Of a stretch of DNA of 64,000 bases, positions 13,583 through 27,805 are shown piece after piece. Origin of the DNA: Octopus vulgaris (Eukaryota); the NCBI GenBank assembly GCA_951406725.2, contig OX597833.1, forward strand, positions 40,796,001 to 40,860,000, in the 5' to 3' direction. The notes beneath the pieces were generated by a model, which did not search any database, was not told where the DNA came from, and saw nothing but the letters and a program-made list of their open reading frames with translations. Position 1 is the first letter of the stretch, and every line of letters starts with the position of its first letter. A program made the translations under genes and the position numbers.

Positions 13583-15484
13583 CTGAAGACAACATAACAA
13601 AAGAGGAGATAAGAACAGTATTAGCATTTTAAACATACAATAAAAAGGGGGACATAAGATCAGTATTGATATTTAAACACTTTAAAAATGGAAATACCTT
13701 GTGGTATTTGTTCCAGTTCTCTATGCTCTGAGTTCTAATCCTGCCAAGGTCTACTTTACCTCTCATCCTTTAAAGGTCAATAAAATAGTGTACCATTACA
13801 TGGAGGAAGATTGGGATGGATGGAGTTGTGAGCAGGTTAGACAAGATGCCTTGCGGTATTTATTGCAGTTCTTTATGTTTTGAGTTCAAATCCTGCCATG
13901 ACCTACTCGGGTGGTAGGCTTAAGCTATCACCCCATTCTATTGTAAGCAATAATGCCAGGTCTCAGGTTTGAGGATAACTTTCTCCCTCCCACTGGCTTT
14001 AGAGACCTTCTCATATTGGAGAACACTACCTTTTTGCCTAACCTTAAGAAAGAAAAGAAAAAGTGATATATGATTGACAGTGATATTTAACTCTTTAGCA
14101 TTCAGATATCTCAGTCAAATATAATATTTATTGATAAAAAATAGTCATGCATTGTCTTGTAGATCTGAGATTTCAATGATGTGACTATTTTTAGAATAAT
14201 ATTGTAGGTTAAGTTTAAAAGGCTAGACCTGGCCAGCATGAAGTTAAAACAGGTAAATTATTTTGGCCAGATATGGCTGTGTGGTAAGTAGCTTGCTTAC
14301 GAACCACATGGTTCCAGGTTCAGTCCCACTGCATGGCACCACTGTATGTATATATAAGTATGTATATATAAGTATGTATATATATATATATCATCATCAT
14401 CATCATCGTTTAGCGTCCGTTTTCCACGTTAGCACGGATTGGACGGTTCGACCGGGGTCTGGGAAGCCAGGGACTGCACCAGGCTCCAGTCTGATCTGGC
14501 AGTGTTTCTACAGCTGGATGTCCTTCCTAACGCCAACCACTCTGTGAGTGTAGTTGGTGCTTTTTACGTACCACCTGCGCAGGTGCCAGGGGAGTCATAC
14601 ATATATATGTTTGTGTGTCTGTGTTTGTCCCCCCAACATTGCTTGGCAACCGATGGTGGTGTGCTTACATCCCCGTAACTTAGTGGTTCAGCAAAAGTGA
14701 CCGATAGAATAAGTACCAGGCTGACAAAGAATAAGTCCTGGGGTCGATTCGGTCGACTAAAGGCAGTGCTCCAGCATGGCCACAGTCAAACGACTGAAAC
14801 AAGTAAAAGAGTAAAATAGAGAGTAATCATAGACCTCCATGACAAATTTGGAAATTTCATATATTCATGGTTTTTTTCTTGTGAAGAATACAGTACTGGT
14901 TTTCTGTTGCTTTCTGCTGGTTTATTTACAGTTTAGTTTACTAGTCTTTTACTCTCCCAAGAGTATCCTTGAGGCACAGGATCTATTAAACTCCAAGGCA
15001 GAAAAACCAGTTCATGTAACATCAGAAAATATCTACTCATTAGTGAGTTTAAATGGCGTGTCAAGAGGCCAGCCCTTCTCCAAGTCCCTTAAGGTCCTTG
15101 AAAAGTACTTGTGCTTTGGGCCAGAGATGACCTGGGAAAAATAGTGACTAAGTGGTAACTTCATACTCTTTTAAAAAGATCAACCTTGATATTTAAACAC
15201 TCTAAATGGGAGATATAAGATTAACATGAAACTCCACAAAAGTGTAATGAACAACGATGATAATATGTAACAATATGTGTAAGATGACAAGCTAGCAGAA
15301 TTATTAGCATACCAGGCAAAATGCTTCGCAGCATTTCATCTATCTTTACATTCTGAGTTCAAATTCCACTGAGGTCAACTTTGCCTTTTATCTTTTCAGG
15401 ATTGTACCAATGAAACACTGAGATTGATGTAATCAACTAGTCACCTCCTCCAAGATTTCAGGCTTTGTGCCTTTAGTAGAAAGG

Positions 15485-15515
<31 letters not shown>

Positions 15516-15650
15516 TATGTTTGACTTTTGCTTTATATTTGTACAAGTTGGCTCCAAGTCTCACCCAGAGACCTCAAGAGACAACAGGTTGGAAGTTTGT
15601 GATGTTGTTATGCCTAGTGTGCCATATATTTGGTTCTGTATTTTGTGTTG

Positions 15651-15681
<31 letters not shown>

Positions 15682-16911
15682 ATTATTATTATTATTAAGA
15701 AGGCCACAAGCTGGCAGAATATTTAGCATGCCAGGCAAAATGCTTAGTGGCATTTCATCTGTCTTTATGTTCTGAGTTCAAATTCCATTGAATCTGCCTT
15801 TTATTTTTACAGAGTCAATAAAATGAGTACAGGTTGAGCACTGGCGTTGGTGTAATCAACTTACCCCATCCCCTGAAATTGCTGGCCTTGTGTCAAAATT
15901 TAAAATCAAAATGTAATAATATCTTTTTGTTTTGTCTTGTAACAGCATTCGCCCTGGAGGGGTTAAGCCGGCTCCTATTGAGATCACCACGTCACAGGTT
16001 AAGGCAGCCCACACATTTTTGTCAGTGGCCACTCCTGGTTTCAGCGATGAATGCCAAAGACTCGAGTTCCACAGATGCTTTGACTGATGTGAGCTACGTC
16101 TTCAGCTGGCAACCTCTCCACTTATACCAGCCTGGGGGAGAATCTGGTGTTATTGCCTTCCGGATGAGTTCGTCATGGGGGTGCCAATGTAATGATATGT
16201 AACAATGTGATAATATGTAATAATATGTAACAAATTTTGGCACAAGACCAGTAGTTTTAGTGAGAGAGGGTTAGTCAATTACACTAACCTCAGTATTCAA
16301 CTGGTACTATATTTTATTGATCTCCCCCCACCACACACACACACACCAAAAGGATGAATAGCAAAGTTGACCTTGACAGTATTTGAACTCAGAATGTAAA
16401 GAGTCATAAGAAATATCACTAAGCAATTTGTCCATCGCAGTAACAATTTTGCTGTCCACTGCATCATCATCGTTTGACATCCGCTTTCCATGCTAGCATG
16501 GGTTGGACGATTTGACAGAGGACTGGCGAACCAGATGGCTGCACCAGGCTCCAATCTGATCTGGCAGTTTCTACAGCTGGATGCTCTTCCTAACGCCAAC
16601 CACTCTGAGAGTGTAGTGGGTGCTTTTACATGCCACCAGCACAAGGGCCAATTAGGCAGTACTGGAACGGCCATGCTCAAATGATGTTTTTTACATGCTA
16701 CCTGCACAGGAGCCAGTTCAGCGGCACTGGCAACGACCTAGCTTGAATGTTTTTTTCACGTGCCACCGGAATACTCTGAAAAATGTAGTCTCCGACATAC
16801 TGGAGGGTTATGGTTGAAATGTCTTTAATCATAGGTCAATCTGATCAGAGCTTTAATCATAGGTCAATCTGATCAGAGCCGACCTAGAGTTAAAGAATAC
16901 CAACAACTCAC

Positions 16912-17057
16912 CTTAGAATTCTTCTTCAGATAGTAATACGTTGAGCTTATGACTAGATCTGTTTTCTTCTTCCCAAGCTCCACCAATGAATCACGTATCA
17001 ACTCTTCAGCAAGCTCATCTTTATCGCACAATGAGTCGATCAGGGCAAATACCAGAT
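16912..17057 (-). CDS. MROH1: MROH1 coding exon 2 (LVFALIDSLCDKDELAEELIRDSLVELGKKK...KKNSK)
   Basis: tttcAG acceptor, AAG|GTGAG donor, 146 nt. Resembles the recalled human MROH1 N-terminus (LASTLLDAITDKDPLVQEQVCSALCSLG). Confidence 0.9.
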
Positions 17058-17150
17058 CTGAAATCACAAACAGAGAGTATCAAGTTAGCAAAATATCGAG
17101 TTAGTAGGTGCTAACCATTACAATGTGAATGAATACCCTACAAACAACTT

Positions 17151-17784
17151 TTAACCCTTTCGTTACCGTATTTATCTTGAGATGCTCTGGTTTCTTTCAA
17201 TTACTTTAAATATAACAAAGAATTTAGTAAAATAACTTAGTTATCATTAAGCTAGTGATGGAAGTGGAAGTGGAAGCACTCCGTCGGTTATAATGACGAG
17301 GGTTTCGGTTGATCCGAATCAACGGAACAGCCTGCTCGTGAAATTAACGTGTAAGTGGCTGAGCACTCCACAGACACGTGTACCCTTAAAGTAGTTCTCG
17401 GGGATATTCAGCGTAACAGAGAGAGTGACAAGGCCGGCCCTTTGAAATACAGGTACAACAGAAACAGGAAGTAAGAGTGAGAGAAAGTTGTGGTGAAAGA
17501 GTACAGCAGGGATCACCACCATCCCTGCCGGAGCCTCGTGGAGCTTTTAGGTGTTTTCGCTCAATAAACACTCACAACGCCCGGTCTGGGAATCGAAACA
17601 GCGATCCTACGACCACGAGTCCGCTGCCCTAACCACTGGGCCATTGCGCCTCCACTAGCTAGTGATAGGTACATAAATTGTGACGAAAGTTTGGTGGAAG
17701 ATTTTAATTCAAAATTTATGAAAACAAGACATTTGTACTCAGAGCCAGAGGCAGTTTCAGCCGGGTTGGTAATGAAAGGATTAA
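17151..17784. mobile_element. piggyBac-type (TTAA) MITE interrupted by a SINE
   Basis: TTAA-CCCTTTCGTTACC ... GGTAATGAAAGGA-TTAA; an uninterrupted copy is at 22618-22847. Confidence 0.8.
17260..17656 (-). mobile_element. tRNA-derived SINE (family A variant, (CTTCCA)n tail)
   Basis: tRNA-like head, TSD agctagtgat; nearly identical to 48080-48449. Confidence 0.9.
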
Positions 17785-18214
17785 GGTCTTGGTACTTATA
17801 TCTCTGGCTTCGTAGCATTTGAAGCAGATGAAAGCTACATGCCTGTTTTCACAATATTATTTCATATAAACATTCCACAACAAACTGGTAAATTATTCTC
17901 AACAGCCAGGTAAAGTAAAACCTAATATAATCATGTTTTAGTCACAAATACAAAATAATACATTCAACAGATTCAAATACATGAAACAGAAGTTATCTGA
18001 TAACTTATCAGCTTGGTCATGTCACTTTCACTTCCCTTAGTCAAATAAATAGTTTAAATTTTCTTGCAATCGCTTAGTCATGAGAAAAACTGATAATAAA
18101 TTCTGGAAGCATTGGTGAAAAAGAACTATTCAAACTTCCATTAATCCTGCTAAGTCTACATATGGAAAATTTCATTCCATTTCAGCTTAGTTGACAACTT
18201 CAGACACTATCTTG

Positions 18215-18615
18215 TCAACACCTTCAAAGTGTGTCTGTCCAGTTGACATCTGCTGAATGTCTGTTCAGTCGACATCTGCAGAGTGCCTACGTCCAGTTAA
18301 TACTTGCAGAGTGTGTCTGATCAGTTGACATCTACAGAATGTGTCTGTCCGGTCAACATCTGCAGAGAGCATCAGTCCAAACAACATCTGAAGAGTACAT
18401 CTGTCCAATTGACATGTACAGAGTGTGTCTGTCCAATTGACATCCATCTGTAGAGTGTGTCTATCCAGTCAACATCTACAGTCTGCAATTGTGCTATTGA
18501 CAATCTACAGACTGTTAGTCCACTCCAGATATGCAGACAGTGTCTGTCGAGTGGACATCTACAAAATGTGTTTGTCCAGTTGACAGTAGTTATCCTTCAG
18601 TTGACATCTGTTGTT
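18215..18615. repeat. Degenerate ~30-bp minisatellite (gtgtgtctgtccagttgacatctgcaga)
   Basis: About a dozen diverged tandem copies. Confidence 0.85.
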
Positions 18616-18691
18616 TGCATGTATCAAGATGATATGTGGAAGGGAATATGTCAACAGCAATAATTTACAATCTGTTTGCATATCTCCATTA

Positions 18692-19056
18692 TCTCTATAT
18701 ATATAAATGGCAAAATGTCTGTGTGCATGTCCTTTATACAAATCCACAGTTTTTCAGTTAACGGGCTCGCACTTTCTATGGTCATTCAAAACCATCCAAG
18801 GGTGGTCGTGCACATCTTTACATTTCCCCAGTCACCCCGCAAAGCCATTAAAAAAATCAATAGAAGTGACTCTTTTGTGAATTTTCTATCCAAAACCCAA
18901 TCAAAATGCCTGAAACTTGATACGCCAATTGAATGCCAGCTAGCTGTATGTAATTTGTCGGAGATTTGGACAGTACTCGCGTGTATGTGCACATGCACGC
19001 AGCTGTATATGCATGCACTAGCACTATGACCCGGCATTGCCGGGTCATAGTGCTAG
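18692..19056 (+). mobile_element. Non-autonomous Helitron-like element
   Basis: A|TC 5' end (tctctatatatataaa), GC-rich 3' hairpin (gacccggca-t-tgccgggtc) and CTAG|T 3' end; no TSD. Confidence 0.75.
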
Positions 19057-19967
19057 TAAGTTATATAATTCTAGAACAAGGAATAGATTAATCATCTGAG
19101 ATAAAGAATGATAGACCTGAAGTTCACTAACTATACATATACCCTCAAGAATCTCTTAACATTATGTGGACTTTGATTTCTTGCTATCAGCTTACAGATC
19201 TGCTATTTATTGAACTTACACAAAGTTCAATATATTTAAATTCAGGAATACTTGAACTCATATTAATGATAATCATAAGTATTTCATTTTTTTTTTTTTT
19301 GGCACACATTTTCAGCAGAATGTCAAAGTTAGTCCAGTATAATTCCTTATATTATTGGAATTTATTTGATCTACTCATTTGGTTAATTACTTTGTTAATA
19401 CCTGAATGTTGAAAAGTAATGTCAACTTTGGTGGGATTTGAACTCAAAAGAATGAAATTTAGACACTGTAAGGTTCCAAGGGTCTATCCAAATAAAATAG
19501 GAATCAAAAGGGCCCATAGGTTAAAAAAATGGTTGGAAAATACTGGTGTAGCTGATTACATTGACCTCAGTGCTAGACTAGTCTTTTATTTTACCAACCC
19601 TGAGAGGATGAAAGGCAAAGTTGACCTCAACAGAAATTGAGGTCAAAACATAAAGACAGATGAAACACCACTAAGTATTTTGATTGTCATGATAATGATT
19701 CTGCTAGCTCAATAAAACTTCTACACAGTCATGCTTTGGAGAGAATTAATTATATTAGTGTCTGCTTTCCACACTAGCATGGGTTATATAGTTTGACCGA
19801 AACTGGTAAACTGTAGGGCTATAGTATTTTGATTGTCATGATAATGATTCTGCTAGCTCAATAAAAACTTCTACACAGTTACATGCTTTGGAGAGAATTA
19901 ATTATATTTAGTGTCTGCTTTCCACACTAGCATGGGTTATATAGTTTGACCGAAACTGGTAAACTGT

Positions 19968-20554
19968 AGGGCTATACCAGGTTCCAATCTGATTTGGCAT
20001 GGTTTTTATGGCTGGATGCCCTTCCTAACACCAAAGCTGCACCAGGTTCCAATCTGATTTGGCATGGTTTTTATGGCTGGATGCCCTTCTTAACACCAAA
20101 GCTGCACCAGGTTCCAATCTGATTTGGCATGAGTTCTATGGCTGGATGCCCTTCCTAACACCAAAGCTGCACCAGGTTCCAATCTGATTTGGCATGAGTT
20201 CTATGGCTGGATGCCCTTCCTAACACCAAAGCTGCACCAGGTTCCAATCTGATTTGGCATGAGTTCTATGGCTGGATGCCCTTCCTAACACCAAAGCTGC
20301 ACCAGGTTCCAATCTGATTTGGCATGGTTTTTATGGCTGGATGCCCTTCTCAACACCAAAGCTGCACCAGGTTCCAATCTGATTTGGCATGGTTTCTATG
20401 GCTGGATGCCCTTCTTAACACCAAAGCTGCACCAGGTTCCAATCTGATTTGGCATGAGTTCTATGGCTGGATGCCCTTCCTAACACCAAAGCTGCACCAG
20501 GTTCCAATCTAATTTGGCATGGTTTCTATGGCTGGATGCCCTTCCTAACACCAA
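19968..20554. repeat. Tandem array of nine 65-bp units derived from family D
   Basis: accaggttccaatct recurs at 19976, 20041, 20106, 20171, 20236, 20301, 20366, 20431 and 20496. Confidence 0.95.
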
Positions 20555-21809
20555 CCACTCCAAGAGTGTAATGGGTGCTTTTTACATGCCACTGGCACAG
20601 GTGCTAGTGATGCATGTAAAAAGCACCCATTACACCATTACACAATTTCACTTGACTTGATAGGTCTTCTCAAGCATGGCATATCACCAAAGGTTTTGGT
20701 CACTTATCATTGCCTTCATGAGGCCTAATAATCAACGTCAGTGTTATTTGAGCTCAGTACGTAAGGAGATATAATGAGGTCATGCAATGAAGTTTGTTTG
20801 CCACTTTACTAATTGTGCCATTCAGTCTTGAAAATGGTGATTTCTAAATTTGGTGCAAGGCTACAATTTGAAGAGTGAAAGAGAAAAAGAAAAAGAAAGA
20901 CAAACTAAGTGGGAGAGATAGGTAGAGGAGAAAGGAGAAAGAAATAGAGTAAGTCAAATAAAAAACAAAAAAATCAGTAAAAGAAGAGAAAAAAACAGGA
21001 GTAGTGGGTGAAAGAGTGTGAGAGAGTGAGAGTGATGGTAAAAGAATGGACAGATTAGTTAAAGAGAATCAATTTAAACAATTTTTGGATACAGCAGAGC
21101 ATGTGTTGTTAGTCAGCTGGAAAGTTAGCCTTCTCACTTGTAATGGCGTCTTTAAAATCTAATATTAATGGAAACAATATAAATACACAACACAAGCATA
21201 CATAGGCACATGCACACATGCACACACACACATACACACAAGGTAAACTGTCAGAATTATTAGCACATCAGGAAAAATGTTTAGTGGCATTTCTACCAGT
21301 TGACTTTCAGAGGTTTATAAAATAAGTATCAATCAACTACTGGGGTCAATGTAACTGGCTAGCCGTCTCCACCAAAATTTCAGGCCTTGTGCCAATAGTA
21401 GAAAGTATATATATATTTCTTTACTACCCACAAGGGGCTAAACACAGAGGGAACAAACAAGGACAGACAAAGGGATTTAGTCGATTACATCGACCCCAGT
21501 GCGTAACTGGTACTTAATTTATCGACCCCGAAAGGATGAAAGGCAAAGTCGACCTCGGCGGAATTTGAACTCAGAACGTAACGGCAGACGAAATACGGCT
21601 TCGCATTTCGCCCAGCGTGCTAACGTTTCTGCCAGTATATATATATATCATGTGATCACGTGACAAACCAAGCCATCAGATGTTGCTACACATCGCTGGT
21701 CACAATGCGCTTTGCATTGTTTTAGCCATCAATGACACCACCCGGCTGGCTAAGCGAGAAGGCCAACAGAAGAAAGAGTGAGAGAAAGCTGTGACGAAAG
21801 AGTACAGCA

Positions 21810-22485
21810 TTAACCTTTAGCATTCAGATTACTCAGTCAGTTGCTATGCATATTGATTCACATCATTTTGAATTTATCCTGCATTATTTTGTAGCCTTGA
21901 GATTTCGATGATGTGATTATTTATGTACAAATGTGACATACTAGGGTAGCTGTGAGATGCCAGATCTGGCCAGTTGGAACATTAACCCTTTAGCATTTAA
22001 TCCAACCATATCCGGCTCAAATATCTTCCCTGTTTTATGTTAAAACTGACCAGATCCAATCTCTTACACTTCCCTTACAATGTCATTCTAAAAATATGTA
22101 AACACACCATTGAAATCTCAAAGCTACAAGATAATGCATGATCAATTCAAAATAATATGAATAAATAAGCAATACATTTGACAAAGAAATCTGAGTGCTA
22201 AAGGGTTAACCCTTTCATATTCAGATTATTTTGTCAAATGTAATGTTTTTTCATTGACTTTCTTTATAATTAATCATGCTTTATTTTGTAGCTATAAAGT
22301 TTTCATGATGAGATTGTATATTTCTAGAATGGCATTGAAGGGTAGGTGTGGTAGGTTGGATCTGACTAGTTAGAGCATAAAACAGGAAGCATATTTGGGC
22401 CGGATATGGCCTGTTTAAATACTAAAGGGTTAAACATGTAGAATATTTTGGCGAGATGCAACTGATTTAAATGCTAGAAGGCTAA
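21810..22485. mobile_element. Nest of three ~225-bp TTAA MITEs of a second family
   Basis: TTAACCCTTTAGCA-type TIRs at 21982, 22206 (shared TTAA) and 22430, inside an older copy spanning 21810-22485; other fragments at ~14088, 37300 and 40830. Confidence 0.75.
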
Positions 22486-22617
22486 AAGTGGACAAGTTAT
22501 CAGAGCTAAAGTGCACAAGTCTACCTCTCACTCCTAGTAATTTTACAGATTTTTGCTTATCATCTGAAGTATTTCTATGTCCTTGAGCTATATTGGTAGA
22601 TAGTCATTTATTCTACA

Positions 22618-22847
22618 TTAACCCTTTCATAACCGTATTTATTTTGAGATGCTCTGTGTTTCTTTCAGTTACTTTAAATATAACAAAGAATTTAGTAAAA
22701 TAACTTAGTTATCATTAAGCTAGTGTTAGGAACATAAATTGCGACTAAGGTTTGGTGGAAGATTTTAATTCAAAACTTTATGAAAACAAGACATTTGTAC
22801 TACAGAACCAGAAGCGGTTTCAGTTGGGTTGGTAACGAAAGAGTTAA
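22618..22847. mobile_element. piggyBac-type (TTAA) MITE
   Basis: TTAA-CCCTTTC ... GAAAGAG-TTAA termini; homologous to 17151-17784. Confidence 0.8.
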
Positions 22848-25800
22848 GTTCACACATCATTTTGATAGGTACAGGTATTTTTTTGTCCAAATGGATTTCT
22901 AGCAAACCTATTCATCATGCTAGATTAGGTGCAGTCAGCCTAACCATGTAACTGGGTGAACTGGATTACACATACGCCCACACACACACACACACGCCAA
23001 AGCTGACATTGGGGCATGATGCGACCCTATGGCATGCCAGATCCTGTCAAACTGTCCAGTCCATGCCAATGTTAAAACCAATGTTAAATAATGATGATGA
23101 CGATGACGTTGCCTATATACTTATAATACAGACATGCATACATACTGATATGACACATTCCTATTTGTATATATAACAATACATGTATGCTTATATACAT
23201 ATTTATTGGTTTACATTCTTAGCACAAGGCCAGCTACTTCGGGAGAGAGGATAAATTGATTACATCAACCTCAGTGTTCAACTGGTACTTATTTTATCGA
23301 CCCTGAACAAATGAAAGGCAAAGCTGATTTCAGCAGAATTTGAACTCAGAACGTAAAGACAGATGAAATACTGCTAAGTATTTTGCCTAGCATGCTAAAA
23401 ATTTTGCCAGCTCACTGTCTTTATGCTGATATAAATATTGATAAAATACAAGTACAAATACACGCAGCTGAACACAGACAACTAAAAACATACACTCAGA
23501 CACACACTAAGTATAGGATATAGGAGATTAAGACTGAAGAAAAGTGTCAGGTGGCTGGCTAAGAAACCAAGCCTTGAGCTGTAGCAACTGTTGCTGTTAT
23601 TACTGGCTGATGTTGTTTTGCTCCAGGGCCAGTTGTGATCAAGAAGTCCTATAAAGAAAGCTATTCAAGCCATGATCATCCAACCTTTTATATATAGGAT
23701 TACTGCATTGTCCAATATGTTTTTCCCCCTTTTAAATCAACAGATGTGATTTGAGGGAAATTTAACTGTTTTTTCTAGCTGGTTGGGTGACCATGTACAA
23801 GCTCCTTTTTTGACCCATATATCACTTATTGGCTTAGTCTCTAGCCGGTCATGTTTGAGCAGACATATAACTATTCCCACTAATTCTTTCCTCTTTAGTT
23901 TTAACAACCTGGATTACAGTATTCAACAAGTTCTTTTCAAAGTTGGTAAAGTGTGGTTTGGGCTTAAATTAAGTTGAAGTTGTTATCAGGTTGAGAGACT
24001 ACATATAGCTTCCCTCATTGGATACCTTTAATTCTTGTTATAGTTGCTTATTGTAGTATTGATGGTGTACAACAGAATAACATAATTATACCTAGGATCA
24101 TACATGTTCTTGAGAGAGGTATGAATATCATAGCCTCCTATTTCCTTTTTCTATTCCACTATCATCATCATCATCATCGTTTAACATCCGTTTTCCATGC
24201 TAGCATGGGTTGGATGGTTCGACCAGGGTCTGGGAAGCCAGGAGGCCGCACCAGGCTCCAGTCTGATCCAGCAGTGTTTCTACAGCTGGATGTCCTTCCT
24301 AACACCAACCACTCTGTGAGTGTAGTTGGTGCTTTTTACGTGCCACTGGCACAGGGGCCAGAGGAGGCTGGCAAACCTATAAAAAAAAATCAAATGACAA
24401 AGAAATAAGCAGAAAGCAGGTATGGTATTCAATGTTTTATAGGACATGTACAAGTTCCATCAAAATGCTGAACTAATTACACAACAGATGTAGAAACATT
24501 ATGGGACACTGATGAGGTAAAGTGCATGATAGCATAATGTTACTACAACTTATGTAATTACTTCAGCATTTTAATGAAACATGAGTATCTCCTATAAAGC
24601 ACTGAAAACTATGCCTGTAAGCTGGCAGAACTGTTAGTATGCTGGGCAAAAAGCTTTGTGGCATTTCATCTGTCTTGACATTCTGCATTCAAATTCTGCT
24701 GAGGCCAACATAGCCTTTCAGGGTTGACAAAATAAATATCAGTTGAGTATCGGGGTCAGTGTAATCAACTAGCTCCATCCCTGAACTTTCTGGCTGTGTA
24801 CCAAAATTTGAAACCATTATTATTTTTATTACTATGCTTGTGTTCTGCACACAAGCCTATTCTGAGGTTGATGCCCCTGCATTGTCCTACACTGGATACT
24901 GGAGTACAGAACCCACAACTAAGTTTGGTTTTCGGTTACATGCCACATTTTACAGTGCTCCTTATATATCTATACATGTGTATACAGACGCACACACATC
25001 AAACATTAACCATTAGTTACAAGCAAGTATGATCTGGTAACTTGTACTGCTCTTTTGTTAGTTATTTTAGGTATGTATGTAGTTGCTAGCAGATATATAT
25101 TTCTTTATTGCCCACAAGGGGCTAAACATAGAGAGGACAAACAAGAACAGACAAAGGGATTAAGTCGATTACATCAACCCCAGTGCGTAACTGGTACTTT
25201 ATTTATCTCGACCCCGAAAGGATGAAAGGCAAGTCGACCTCGGTGGAATTTGAACTCAGAATGTAACGGCAGATGAAATACCACTAAGCATCTCGCCCAG
25301 CATGATAACGTTTCTGCCAGCTCGCTGCCTTAAACACCACAACATTCTCAGCCTTGACCCTGAAGAACATTGAGGCTGAGACAGCTAGAAGGAAATACAG
25401 ATACACCAGCGGTCCTCTGAATAGACTGGAGTGACATGAAATGCAGTATCTTGCTCAAGGACACAACCTACTGCTTGGTCCAAGAACTGAACTCACAACC
25501 TTGCACCTGACAGTCCAACACTCTAATCACAAGTCACATGCCTTTACATACATATATGTGCACGTATGTGTGTGTGTTAATTCTGGCCACTGAGAATCTT
25601 ACCATGCTGAGTTTTATGCTGAGCCTATCCTCAGATGTAGTTAAGCAGTCTTATTTGATTGCATTGCAACTCACTACCAGCCACTCCTGCTTGAGAAATA
25701 TCTGATAAACAAGATATAATGTAGCTGGAACTGTTATATATGTTATATACTGTAAATGTACTCTATTAAAAGTATTGAGTTCTTTTTAAAGATAAAATTA

Positions 25801-27805
25801 ATTTAATAGAAACATTTGCTAATATTCTAAGTATATGGAATGTTCAAAGGAGATGGACTCTACAAGCCACATTATAAGCTATCTATCTAGGAGAGTAACA
25901 ACTCTGAGGATGATCTAACACAAGGTATATAGGACCCTTATTCCTGTAAAATGTTTGTTTCCATAGCACCTAAAATGAATTGTACAAACAAGTCATGGAA
26001 CCTGCAAACCACACCCAAAACTGCTTGTTGAGCAATAACTCCAAATATGAACAGAGTTGAGGGGTCGCTTTAGTCTTCTTGTATGAGACAGCTACTCTAG
26101 ACCAGTTTTATAGTGTCGTGCATGCATTATACACAAGGAAAACTGGTGGGTTTACTCAGTTGCTGTGGGCAAACCGACAATGGACCACGAAGGGGGACGG
26201 GATGTTGTAATACAGGTCCAATTCATGTCAGCATGGGAAAACGAAAGTAAAACGATACTGAAATAATTTTTGGAGTCGAAAACGCTTACAAATTACTCCA
26301 CGGTCCTGTACTTACGGGCATTGTAACAATTGTTATTACATGAAACTCAAGGGTTCTGAGTATTATTGTCGCGGACGTAGTTTAGCCGCAGGCCAGCTCT
26401 GATCGAGCTGATCAAAAGCGTTTCCAGCCATGACTATCTTTGTAGTTTAAGGGTATATTTAGACGAGATGGTTTACATCTAAACATTGACACTGTTGTTG
26501 TCGGCAGTTTTGTTATTGTTATTACTAAATGTAATCTTATTGATATACAACTTCTTACAAGGTATGGAAGCTTATATATATATATATATATAAGGGATAG
26601 GCATAGAAAATAACAATGATCATTTATTAAAAAGCCGGGGAAGACACGGTCTTGCCTTTCTTAACACAAACGACGGCAAATTAAATGAAATCTTTTCATT
26701 CAGGAACTGAGCTGTTGCTATCTCGGCAGATACACGCCTCTTACGCTACGGTGATAGCCATTATTATAGATATTGTTTAGCGCTAAATCAACTCTGATCG
26801 CGCAAACTTACAAAGGCGTTCCAGCCATGGCCATTCTTTTGTTTATTTAGATATTTTTGAATATTTAGGGCTACATTACACAAAGTGTCATTTCATTTTA
26901 AGACGGTGAGGTATGATTAGAGGAAGCTTGGCTCATAGCTGAAACGAAAACACGGAAAGAAAAGTTCAGAATATACACACAGCGAAACAAAGGCAAACTC
27001 TCTCCCTAAATATATTTGTTACAGTATACACACACACACACACGCATATACACAATTCACTAACAATATAAACACAACCGCAAACAACATAACTTCACTG
27101 GAATATTCGCTGTAAATTGTTTAATTATCTGTTGTAATTAACTTCATGCATATTACTTACATATGCATGTATACAAACGTACACTCACACAAATACTGAA
27201 CAAGCATACAAAATCATATACACAAATAAATAAATGTGTTGATCGAAAGCATCGCAACAGGCATTCATGGACTCATGTAATCAATTATTTCCGTATTTTT
27301 GGTTATTTCTTTGATATTAAAAAAAAAAAGACAAACAAAATAGAAACAATTATCCATAACCGATCTTAACTGAATATGACACAAATGATGTTTAATATTT
27401 ATAACATATTCCCAACCTTGTTGTTTTGTCCTATAAATATCTTCGATATTGTTATTGAGCTAGTCTCAGATCAACAAACAGAACTGTCAAGCGAAGCGAA
27501 GGTATTTCTAAGAACCGACTGAAGCTATTAATGCGTCGTGAATCGGAAGATGCATAATCATGCACAACAGATGTCTTCCCTAAACGACCCATACGAAAAG
27601 ATCCATCAATATCCAAACAACATCTGTGGGTGATCCTCCATGAGGACGAACAGAAGCTTCCTTCTTCGAGATCGAGAACAGTTGCCCACGCAGACACATA
27701 GATTAAGAAAACTGTTTATGACCCCGCTCGCCATCACCGCTTGTGATGCGCACTTTACGTGCACTACCCACCAGATATATGTATATATATAAACTATGTA
27801 CTCAC

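Noticed and set aside
16823-16879. Short tandem duplication near the MROH1 exon 2 donor (similar ones at 55568-55632 and 865-985)
   Set aside because: Ordinary local slippage duplications with no effect on splice sites.
19968-20554. CRISPR-like regular array
   Set aside because: Units are contiguous with no unique spacers, derive from a dispersed retroposon, the context is eukaryotic and there are no cas genes.
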